From a virus (taxonomy: Duplodnaviria; Caudoviricetes), in the IMG/VR virus record IMGVR_UViG_3300025620_000006, positions 1,175 to 65,174 of that record: a stretch of 64,000 nt of DNA; one strand, 5' to 3'. Under the pieces are notes generated by a model that saw only the letters and a program-made list of their open reading frames with translations, ran no database searches and had not been told where the DNA came from. Position numbers and translations under genes: made by a program. The number at the start of each line of letters is the position of its first letter. The stretch's first letter is position 1. Shown piece after piece: positions 58,001 to 64,000 of this stretch.

Positions 58001-58716
58001 GCATTCATTATATTAGAAAATGCGCCTTGTTCAAAAGCGTTTTTAGCTTTAATTGTTTTTTCGTATTCTTGTATTTTCTTATAATTCTCAAAGAATTCTT
58101 TTTCACCTTTCTCAGTAAGTGGATTTAAATCTAATGTAACTTTATTACCACCTAAATTAGCTGTAATTTTGTCATCTAAAAAATAAGATTTATCATCAAA
58201 AACAATACCTGAAAATTCATCTTTTAAAGCAAGTATAACTTCTTCGTTACCTTTTCTTATTATAGTCTCAGGTATTTCTAAGTTTATATCTCCTTGCTCT
58301 ATTTTAGTTTGAGCATCTTTAACTAGTTTTTCTAATTTTTTTCTTTGTACTAAACCTGCTCTAGCATTATTAGGATCAAATACTTCATTATTAAAATAAG
58401 CTAGATTAGCCTTAGCTTGTTTTAATTCTTTAAAAGGATCTTCATCAAATACATCTGTGGCTGAAGCCAAAGAAATATTTTCCAAATCTAATTCCGTATT
58501 CTCGGGCGCTGGATCTATATCCGTCACTACACTTGCACCCGCATCTGGTACAGTGACTTGTTGAAAATCTATGTTTTCAGTTTCTATTTCTTCAACATCG
58601 CCTGCTTCAAATAGACCATTTTGGCTTATATATTGATCAACAAGTTCTACACCACCAGCTAGACCCACTAGCTCGTCATATGTGTATCGTTGTCCCGTTT
58701 CTGGGTTTACATACAT
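49003..58716 (-). CDS. Giant polyvalent virion/ejection protein (3237 aa)
   Basis: Follows ejection-protein genes; contains HEISH zincin motif, sigma-region-2-like WNPDLGTFNSYM, EHAIP motif and a HAD domain (DFDDT, TAR, DD). Confidence 0.75.
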   Translation of the reverse strand: MYVNPETGQRYTYDELVGLAGGVELVDQYISQNGLFEAGDVEEIETENIDFQQVTVPDAGASVVTDIDPAPENTELDLENISLASATDVFDEDPFKELKQAKANLAYFNNEVFDPNNARAGLVQRKKLEKLVKDAQTKIEQGDINLEIPETIIRKGNEEVILALKDEFSGIVFDDKSYFLDDKITANLGGNKVTLDLNPLTEKGEKEFFENYKKIQEYEKTIKAKNAFEQGAFSNIMNAFDSGALNVEDVNDNLKDTAYTFEPVEQEGLVIGYELKQNGQVVASDIFNQEIESPVRTGSTDSIENYIAKNFTKEDLSKSMANMYPLLSTHLKTLDLEETKRINAVNSKPDEELFDYDVLSGQFSKLADILKNKEYFTEAEQKAIDYMLKFSANPEGRGEYVDSGSMLTEDELVMLTPEQQLDYVRNLGFLDTMQFAYEGVEIDKAALKEKLLNNNLWSNAIDYSVKTQREGAIALAKQTAAESVMYDYDRRERELVRIGLLVQNAGYDVIKDEIKSETKIIQNYNDTTSSIIEGEIQLIANSLKDIPAKIAYTKTDGIVDNTLFFNLEATEELTEEQQQLYDEANARLITLQNTLGRLESDYKKTVGNYVNHVAEAAQFREDTDVVVGKDEEGKDIKRNILSEFGSVFKEYEIGSLVAKDFTDASYNIALALPTLFNSEWAINEQKALQRKEEYYKSSAAYDDAFGEGEFGLYSLRTLFQQAPNIILAIGTGSAGNALKLGDGLVKTSIASTFGITSGTDMYRNLSVQADLLDMANKQVETLNNLWEAGRIDQFDYSQGLLDAEKTIAMGEMTPFQIGAASVATGIIEGGVTRYIGSANNTFKFLKDVKGQGQINIYNLFNKPSLNAWGSFAIEGGKRIGGELVEENLIYGGTQGISESLILQRDADWSQFDDTTLATLITAGFANTSGIATSAITQMSATKKFREKINKATSEIQEMVNLMNGPGVSQNQRKTFTAAIKQKLIDIGAEQTALGVDVIALGSENVVDLVGLNVLKNNLLSEAGVTPDMDSNQAQNQIDNYKKEKLTTTEADRFDQNLNSLDTNINSIKEGNKNYDNVETLLGDAGRKARLNLDENTPNWNGKLDKRQELAQVVEEIHRMETESYVNKAKEDTEIQKEWEELKDNAASKYEGDKRKKEYKEKINALQDAFYAQSGRALFDQDTRVVTVSSDIDFKADQLMSNENIGALKIVEIPNIEDQISYLYTLAENGKINPKDISLFTDKLKQGGNGFIVDNEYITINRQAAEQAMENGDIRAGVVVYHEISHAIDESYFDTKEEFNKYTDNLYKATSTSENPILRSLNMKVENALLSNEEYSNDARNDKGELLPFNKRGDTFKTEYAAEMQSLSYALEKELNLEDTYGTQNILSKLANRAGFGLKVNTPEKALSYLIGNNAAFRRGEFTSQVRAKIGKEGIKPKKGVDDSKQISDRINIRFEGKENFKPILPKDVETMVNKVANRAWTRFGSGVPLNIREVHYSRRTYLDHAKSKLREIALKWNPDLGTFNSYMANTGMQRANAFATQLGVPKGKANVRIGEDNAAENVQSTDSTETLNRRAEVEAKEVKPTLKEKIKFSNQTEVENKLEEKLGKEIRYRLPKYNADTTTKQKTDFVNELGKGMQGSFKVVIDAMGARNKTINLYEQFLNENYATLLGPNGLTTTYLAKAFPLAVEKYVNGLGWVKYDKWKGRTKGSKDGQIDFYRSTELGPMAGSTAGNQKIRRVKDIKNAIPLAKFKSKYIKLDNGKLKIPQMPTEALAKQIAQEIGLDMFNEQIQNPDSEIRRDFIERQEFFGADILDNYVEQLMYDVSRPSVKDQLALFTDGERTDWLNNRTRFYDEVKRLNLQELTSTQIKTKLKNAHKAVYGDRFTNEQHIGVANQFGNLLVPQRKTGVLETEQEWFDYLETVITNVDNVENVIAYTKADQSVANSLRDSSTMVEAREFVEKTLYPALVKKYGKPKALDLMVAFTPASFSNGTTIFGDFIATKNNELIGGQRPNKTPRAGVFGNITDITRLIQRIDPAVVSIDKKVIKFNDGRPDRKIDINTGADVQMQYLNGKFENSQALQDKNKVDADLAWNFFIEFMKSLKKSGLNNNTVALLMGVMNGSNNSALRLAAPVWGRSTKMPYDTLKIPMIRNGKLVKKSNGEQRYEPAYRYEHAIPARAILFFAYESIFNGNKEIDLDLLKDDYRVTIIPVKEMDDVLGNTGFTQSMLIGYQPGKQEWWKRYYNIFTKGKMPFGLQSYESGDVVGQEFEDFYNSTNGTTGVALNAQQVVDKNNNADIAMEKARLSLKDSKKIKKIRIFDFDDTLAQSKSMVIVNMPDGSSTRINATEFATDAARLESEGANFDFAEFSKVVEGKKGPLFEVAKKIADTRGSEDLFVLTARPQDAAGPIQEFLASVGLNIPLQNITGLADGKAQAKADWVINKFAEGYNDFYFTDDATKNVKAVKDALDVLDVKSRVQIARVKFQKDLDFEFNKMIERNKGVKAEARYSQVVAQRLGKNKKRFNLFLPPSAEDFKGLTSYMFAGKGKQGEIDQDFFDKALIRPYTSAVAAIETAKQRVSNDYRNLMANFPEIKKVLRSKISGEQFTYDEAVRVYLWDQADFEIPGISNRDRNILTKIVREDPNLQSFADGVLLITKKDTYVEPPTYWQGQTILGDLNTITTKVNRAEYLSEFNENVDIIFSEQNLTKIEAVYGSRVRESLENIIWRMKNGTNRPKGSDRQTNAWMNWLNRSIGAIMFFNRRSALLQLISSVNFINWSDNNPFMAGKAFANQNQYWSDVVMLFNSDKLKQRRAGLKGDINEAEIAAAVKGSKNKMSTFISILLRNGFVFTQVADSVAIATGGATFYRNRINTYKKQGLSQTEAETKAFEDFSRTSEESQQSADPSMISQQQAGMLGRFLLNFQNTPMQYTRLMKKAGLDLVNGRGDAKTNISKIAYYGIIQNLIFSTLQNALFAMIPGFDEPDDELTEEEQLKKYGEVLSKKEDRIVNGMIDTILRGSGVGGAVISTIKNAIRRYNFEEKKGFTADHTYTVLELANLSPALGSKLRKIYSAIQTKKFEKDVIAEQGFSVTIDGRFQLSPSYQVVGSVVSGAANIPMDRMVAEINAITEAFDNRNTIYQRVALALGFRTWDVNSKIEEFDLIKADAKVRRKEEGKIKAKETRKRKAEEKARLKKLEEERYNNMSDSQKLEYDLQKDKEFQEKVDSAIEKAMEKLDKLYNE

Positions 58717-58732
58717 ATTTATTTATTTTTAA

Positions 58733-60529
58733 TTATAAGTCAAGGAAGTTGCTTAACATTGTTCTTTCGTCGTTAGCAAATGAATTTTTTCCTTGCACCT
58801 TTGTTCTAGTCCATCGTGGTCTTTTAGTACTAACTCTGTCTCCATCAGATGTGCTTGTGCTAACAGTAGGTGTTTCCCAAGTGTAAGGTATCCACATATT
58901 AGTTGTTTGATCCCAATCAATTTTTCTATCGCCAGCTTTAGGTGCAGAAGTTCTAGGGGCCATTGCTTTACTAAATATTTCACCTCTAAATGCTGTATTT
59001 ACAAAAGAATTTCTTTGTTCTGAAATATCTTGCATTGTTATTTGCTGCTGAGCTGATAGTCCTCTAGGACCTTGAGGTGCATAAGACGTAGATGGATCTG
59101 ATTCTTTAAAGTAACCATATTCACCAGCCTTGTAATTAGTAAGACCTCTTTCGTTTAGTTGCTTTATATCATCATCTGTTAATTCTCTTCTAACAAAGCC
59201 AAAACCAGGTGTTTCACCTACCTCGTCTTCAGCTTCTTCACGAGTATACTTTTTATTAGTATCTGGATTTGTACTTGCCATTAACTGGTCAATATTCATT
59301 GTGCTAGTTAATCCGGCATCTTCTCGTATTTTATTTATTTCAGCTAATCTTAACCACGATTTTTGCTGTTCTTCTGTTAGTTGTACAAACTCGTTAATAT
59401 TAATATCACCCATTTCTAAGCGTTGTTCCATGTAAGCTTTTTTATCTCTTGGTGGTAAAGCGTATAAACCAGCTAATCTTCCCTCTAATTGTTTTTCTAA
59501 AGACTTGTCTATGCCTTTCATATCTATAAATTCAGACGCAACTAAAGTTCTAACTTTACCAGCGCCTGTGCTCATAGTGTCTCCAGTAGGAGTCCAAGCT
59601 GTTTTAAAACTAGCTGTTATTTCACCTTTTGATTTATCTAGTATGTTAGCGTCTACTAAAGTTTGATTTCCATCAGTAGCTGTTTCAGTTGCTTTTAACA
59701 ATTGACCGTCCCAGTTTTTCATGTTTTTCTTCCATGTAAAAGTAACACTGCCGTCTTCGTTTACTTTATATGCATTGTTGGCATCTTTGTTTTTAGCTTG
59801 TGTTAACCATCCGCCTTCGCCTAAACCACCTTTTAATATTTTAGAACCTTTTGCAACTGTAGTTACAACTTCTACTACTCTATCACCATTACTTAATCTT
59901 CTGTAATCTTTACTATCGACAGTCATTCCTTCAGCTGAAATGTTCGATAAACCAAAAGCTGCTAATTGAGTACCTAGTTGTTCTTGAAAATTACCACCTT
60001 CCCAATTTGATTCACGACCTGGACCTGGTCCATCTTTATATAATTCTACATCTTGTACGTCTGATAGTATTATACCAGCATCGTCTTGTAGATCTCTTAA
60101 GTTTTTATTTGCAGCAGAAACTTTATCATTATATTCTTTCCTATCTTCTTTACTTAAACCCCCTCTAGTTTTTAAAATAGTTTGAGCTTCTATAGAACCC
60201 ATTACATAATCGTCATCACCAGGTTTACCAACACCTTCCATTAGTCCGACCTGTATTTTTTTAGCTTGATCTATTATAGAGTCTTCTAAACCAGCGTCTT
60301 CAACATCTTCATAGATTTTATCAGCGTTTTCGTAAGCTTTTAACGAAGCTTCATTCCAAGCTAAGTCAAATACCTCTTGTTTTTTCTTAGCTGTTTCAGC
60401 GTTTTTAATTTTAAAATCTACGTAATTTTGATAGCCTGTAACTACAGATTGAGTAACTTGTTGTGCTGCCGCTGCCCAAGCTAAAGCTGATTTATCGTTT
60501 ATTAATTTAGGATTGTCGTATGCACTCAT
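58733..60529 (-). CDS. Putative internal virion/ejection protein
   Basis: 598 aa between pilot-like and giant proteins. Confidence 0.55.
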   Translation of the reverse strand: MSAYDNPKLINDKSALAWAAAAQQVTQSVVTGYQNYVDFKIKNAETAKKKQEVFDLAWNEASLKAYENADKIYEDVEDAGLEDSIIDQAKKIQVGLMEGVGKPGDDDYVMGSIEAQTILKTRGGLSKEDRKEYNDKVSAANKNLRDLQDDAGIILSDVQDVELYKDGPGPGRESNWEGGNFQEQLGTQLAAFGLSNISAEGMTVDSKDYRRLSNGDRVVEVVTTVAKGSKILKGGLGEGGWLTQAKNKDANNAYKVNEDGSVTFTWKKNMKNWDGQLLKATETATDGNQTLVDANILDKSKGEITASFKTAWTPTGDTMSTGAGKVRTLVASEFIDMKGIDKSLEKQLEGRLAGLYALPPRDKKAYMEQRLEMGDININEFVQLTEEQQKSWLRLAEINKIREDAGLTSTMNIDQLMASTNPDTNKKYTREEAEDEVGETPGFGFVRRELTDDDIKQLNERGLTNYKAGEYGYFKESDPSTSYAPQGPRGLSAQQQITMQDISEQRNSFVNTAFRGEIFSKAMAPRTSAPKAGDRKIDWDQTTNMWIPYTWETPTVSTSTSDGDRVSTKRPRWTRTKVQGKNSFANDERTMLSNFLDL

Positions 60530-60548
60530 AGTTATATATATTTTATTT

Positions 60549-61277
60549 TTAGCCTGTTGCAGCTTTAAATTGTAAAGCAGACGAAGCCATACTTGTTACA
60601 CCTGATATAGCAGATCCCCATGCCCCGGCTTCTGCAGCGGCTGCGTTAGATTGTGCTTGCATAGCGTTTGCTAAGTTACCAGCTTCGTATCCTAGATCAG
60701 CATTAGACCTAGCTTCGTTCATTTGCATTGTAAATGTTTTACCAGCGGCTTCGCCAGCTTGTAATCTTTGACCTTCTGATATTGCTATACCTTGTAGTCT
60801 TTGTTCTTCAGAAACCTTCATAGCTTGAAGTGATGCTTCACCTTGAGCTCTTAGTTGTTCGTTCTTAGCCTCTTGAGCTTCTATATCCGCAGCAACACCT
60901 TTCTTACTAGCTAAAGCAGCTTGAGCCAAAGCAGTTGCGCCACCAGCACCAGCACCTGTAGATTTTATTGTGTCTAGTGTATTTGCTAGAGCTATATCAG
61001 CTTGTTCCATTTTAATCTCTGCAGCCTGTGTCGCTACACCTAAACTAGCAAATGGATTGTTCATCATACCTGACAAGTTTTCAGCTAATCCAGATAGATT
61101 AACTTGATTTGCGTAAGGATTAACTATATCAACTCTAGCAGCTTTAATTGCTGCTATTTCTGCTCTAGCTCTATTAGCATCATTACGAGCTCCTTGACCT
61201 GCTTTTTTTGCCTGGTTAGCTGACACTGCTCCTCCAATAAGGGAAACTCCAGCTCCGATTGCTGCTACTGCTGCCAT
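60549..61277 (-). CDS. Putative DNA pilot/ejection protein
   Basis: Ala/Gly-rich hydrophobic N- and C-termini with an Ala/Gln coiled coil. Confidence 0.6.
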   Translation of the reverse strand: MAAVAAIGAGVSLIGGAVSANQAKKAGQGARNDANRARAEIAAIKAARVDIVNPYANQVNLSGLAENLSGMMNNPFASLGVATQAAEIKMEQADIALANTLDTIKSTGAGAGGATALAQAALASKKGVAADIEAQEAKNEQLRAQGEASLQAMKVSEEQRLQGIAISEGQRLQAGEAAGKTFTMQMNEARSNADLGYEAGNLANAMQAQSNAAAAEAGAWGSAISGVTSMASSALQFKAATG

Positions 61278-61278
61278 A

Positions 61279-61692
61279 TTATCTTATTTTTTTAATTATT
61301 TCGTGTGATGGATTTTCATCCACCGTGTACCCTAATTTCTTGTGTTTATCTATTAGACTTTTGCTTCTACCTATACTAAGTATTAATTTAAAACCTCCAT
61401 CATAAGCCCATTGCTCTAATGAATCTATTAATAATAATATAGCTTGCTCTCTGTCTTTTTTAATTCTATACTTTGGATTTGATATAATCCATTCCATCCA
61501 AGCTATTTTTGAATTTGTTCCGTATAAAAAACCTGCTACTATAGGTTCACCTTCTTTTTCTATTATAATTCCACCTGTACCATTTTCAGGTAACATTTCT
61601 TGTGATAAAGGTTCCCACTCCGGCCAAGACTTCCACCACTCTACGATAGTGCTATAGTCTTCTTCGGTTAGTCTTCTTGCTGTTAATTTCAT
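61279..61692 (-). CDS. GNAT-fold protein of podovirus tail module
   Basis: RRLTEEDY..., VAGFLY, KKLGY pattern; position analogous to T7 gp13-like genes. Confidence 0.5.
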   Translation of the reverse strand: MKLTARRLTEEDYSTIVEWWKSWPEWEPLSQEMLPENGTGGIIIEKEGEPIVAGFLYGTNSKIAWMEWIISNPKYRIKKDREQAILLLIDSLEQWAYDGGFKLILSIGRSKSLIDKHKKLGYTVDENPSHEIIKKIR

Positions 61693-61706
61693 TTAATTGT
61701 ATTTGA

Positions 61707-63272
61707 TTAATAAGATGATCTATTGAATTCGCTAGAAACTGCGAATAGTTCTCTTTGTGTTGATTGGTTAGTTGTTGGAACAGTAAACTTTACTTCTGAA
61801 GTAAAACCTTTAACACCTGTTACAGCTTGTCCAAATAAAACCTCACCTTGTTGCACAGCTGTTAGGTTTAATAAGTTAGCAAAATATTTATTTTCTTTTC
61901 TTTTAAAGTTGTTAGTGAATAGAGATGTTTGCAAGTCAGCTAGTGTTGTTGATAGTTGATATTCTGATATTTGCAAAGCTACATCTTGATCAGTTGTTAG
62001 TGACTCCATTATCCAACCGCCACTACCTTCGTAGTTAATAGTGTTAAAGTTTTTAACCACCGAAGGCGAGGGATTAAGCACTAAATTAACACTAGACGTG
62101 TGAGTTGTATTATAAAACTGAGCTCTGTTTACGCTTGTGGAATAATGCTGCCATATTTCACCTTCAAAGTAAGTATATAAATTATTTCTTAAACTTCCAA
62201 TTGCATCTGGAAAATAATCAAATCTACTTGTCCAACCTTTTACCGCTTCATCAAACGAAACAGTTTCAGGATCAAAACCAGGTTTAACCTTACCTTCAGC
62301 TCCACCTATAGAAACAATGTACTGTTTATTGTGCATATCGTAACCACCAACTATTGGTAAACTACCTGCGCCAGCTAAATTATCTCTAAAGAAATCAATC
62401 ATACCATACATAGATATTTCAGTAATACCGTCTTGTGATAATCTTAATATTAGATTTTTAGTTCTATCTGCAAAGTATTTTCTATATCCAAACACACCAA
62501 AGCTTTCTGGATTTGTACTTATTCCGTATTCACCAGCGTAAGGTACTATACCGCCTATTACTACATTTGAAGCAGCTTGTAGTGGTTGACCTTCTTGAGT
62601 GTATATAGCGTCTTTATCTATAAGGGCTTTATTTACTTTTAATTCTTGAAATATAATTAAGTTGGTATCTTCAGCGTACAGCTTTTGTATAGAGCCATAA
62701 GATGGGTCTACACTTCTAGTAATATTTTCTGCTACCGAAAATTGATTAGTGTTGTTTACACCTGTTCTAGAGTTAAAAACTCCAGAGTATATCATAGAAT
62801 TAAATCTATTGTTCTGAGAAGCGTTATCTTCTACTAAGTAAGCTTTTACACCTAAATCTACGTTTGTATTATTGTAACCTCCTCTTATCCTAGCTTCTTC
62901 AGCATACCAGTCTGTTGGATCGCTTGAATAAACTCTAGGTATTTCAGTAAACAATTCAATAGGACCAAAAATTAAAACATCAGTGGCCGTTAAATTAACA
63001 GCTTCAGACAAAGTAACTGTATAAGGAGATGCACTCATTGAAAAAGATATCAAATAAACTTTACTTGGAAATCCTACTACATCAACTCCATTAGCGTCTT
63101 TAGCATAAACTCTTTGTCCATAACCTAATTCAGGGACATAAGTAGTAATTGTTTGAGTAGCACTATTAGCGTTTGCGCTTATTATACCTGTGTTAGGTCT
63201 AACCTCTGCTATAGAATCCATCTTCTTTATCCAAAAAGAGTTAAAATAATTTATCTCAATAGTTGCCGCCAT
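61707..63272 (-). CDS. Tail stabilisation/nozzle protein, C-terminal-type beta-propeller
   Basis: YGSIQKL, GEYGISTNPESF, LRLSQDGITEIS, GWTSRFDY, KRKENKYFA motifs. Confidence 0.7.
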   Translation of the reverse strand: MAATIEINYFNSFWIKKMDSIAEVRPNTGIISANANSATQTITTYVPELGYGQRVYAKDANGVDVVGFPSKVYLISFSMSASPYTVTLSEAVNLTATDVLIFGPIELFTEIPRVYSSDPTDWYAEEARIRGGYNNTNVDLGVKAYLVEDNASQNNRFNSMIYSGVFNSRTGVNNTNQFSVAENITRSVDPSYGSIQKLYAEDTNLIIFQELKVNKALIDKDAIYTQEGQPLQAASNVVIGGIVPYAGEYGISTNPESFGVFGYRKYFADRTKNLILRLSQDGITEISMYGMIDFFRDNLAGAGSLPIVGGYDMHNKQYIVSIGGAEGKVKPGFDPETVSFDEAVKGWTSRFDYFPDAIGSLRNNLYTYFEGEIWQHYSTSVNRAQFYNTTHTSSVNLVLNPSPSVVKNFNTINYEGSGGWIMESLTTDQDVALQISEYQLSTTLADLQTSLFTNNFKRKENKYFANLLNLTAVQQGEVLFGQAVTGVKGFTSEVKFTVPTTNQSTQRELFAVSSEFNRSSY

Positions 63273-63276
63273 ATTA

Positions 63277-63305
63277 TATTATCACTTATTTTTTTAATTT
63301 ATTAC
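63277..63305 (-). promoter_or_regulatory. Class-2 promoter
   Basis: GTAA taaattaaaaaaataa GTGATAATA just upstream of the ATG at 63272. Confidence 0.6.
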
Positions 63306-64000
63306 TTAGCAAATGTTGCCAGCTGTACCAGACATTCCAGCGAATCGAGTTACTGGTATACCATAATCTTTTACATCTGTAGGTCCATTAACAGAACCTG
63401 TACCGTCAAATGATTGTGCTAAAATAACGCTAGCTGTATCACTAGCGTAATTAGTATCAATTATTGTATAGCCATTTATAACTTCACCACTTGCACTAAA
63501 TTTTCCTTTATAAACCACCTTGCTAGCAGCTTGCATGTTAAAAGGTTCAGATGGTAGACTCCAAGTGCTAACTTGTGAACAAATATCATTTGGATTAGTA
63601 TAAGAAGTCCAGTATCTTTGCCCAGGTTGGCAAGTACTTCCAGCAACACATACGAAGTTTTGAAACAAGCCTCCTTCGAAAGTGTAGTATAAATCCCCTT
63701 CTGTACCTAAACCTGGTTCCCATGGAGTTAATAAAGTTGAATCACTAAAGAATTGTCTAACAGTACTACCATACTTCGCGTGAGCATACACTGTATCAGT
63801 TGTCAAGCTAGTACCGATTGGTAGCAAGCTTGTATTCGGAAAAGTGCTAGTAGTTCCACCAAAACGCTGGACTGTGTATGGGTAACTATATAAAACACCT
63901 TGATCTTGAGCTGCTCCTGTAAAATCAAAATTAGCATCTTCAGCTGTTATATAAGCGTAACCTTGGTATGTCCCTTGAATTCCAGACATTGCATTACAAG
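63306..64000 (-). CDS. C-terminal part of a large tail/structural protein (5' end likely outside the window)
   Basis: Reading frame open to the window edge; beta-rich composition. Confidence 0.55.
   Translation of the reverse strand, partial: CNAMSGIQGTYQGYAYITAEDANFDFTGAAQDQGVLYSYPYTVQRFGGTTSTFPNTSLLPIGTSLTTDTVYAHAKYGSTVRQFFSDSTLLTPWEPGLGTEGDLYYTFEGGLFQNFVCVAGSTCQPGQRYWTSYTNPNDICSQVSTWSLPSEPFNMQAASKVVYKGKFSASGEVINGYTIIDTNYASDTASVILAQSFDGTGSVNGPTDVKDYGIPVTRFAGMSGTAGNIC

Noticed and set aside
1-64000. Stop-codon reassignment as in some crAss-like phages
   Set aside because: Genes are full length under the standard code, TAG and TGA end bona fide genes, and no suppressor tRNA was seen

Overview
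This is a 64 kb AT-rich segment of a lytic dsDNA podophage genome with crAss-like virion architecture. The host is most likely Bacteroidota (Flavobacteriia), inferred from AT-rich start contexts without Shine-Dalgarno sites and from the gene repertoire. Minus-strand late module (1-26760): tail stabilisation and ring proteins, major capsid, scaffold, portal, terminase, GroEL/GroES, holin, small virion proteins and tail fibres. Non-coding switch region (26761-27284): iteron-like TGACA repeats. Plus-strand early/middle module (27285-46904): many micro-ORFs, tRNA-Met, DNA ligase, DenV-like glycosylase, sigma factor, ERF/RecE, primase-helicase, a T4 gp42-like thymidylate synthase homologue, MazG-like proteins, resolvase and NrdA/B; no DNA polymerase was recognised. 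Second minus-strand late block (47081-64000): amidase, a 3237-aa polyvalent protein, ejection and tail proteins. Highlights: (1) a 78-nt mini-tmRNA with only the tRNA-like domain; (2) a four-times repeated [structured RNA]+[tRNA or tRNA mimic ending N-CTA] architecture; (3) two exact-spacing phage promoter classes, with a sigma-region-2-like segment inside the giant virion protein; (4) small late proteins sharing a GAA(K) motif next to a HExxH protease; (5) a lipoprotein-like ORF overprinted on terL; (6) a dCMP-type thymidylate synthase homologue. All assignments come from reading motifs by eye; no database searches were run.
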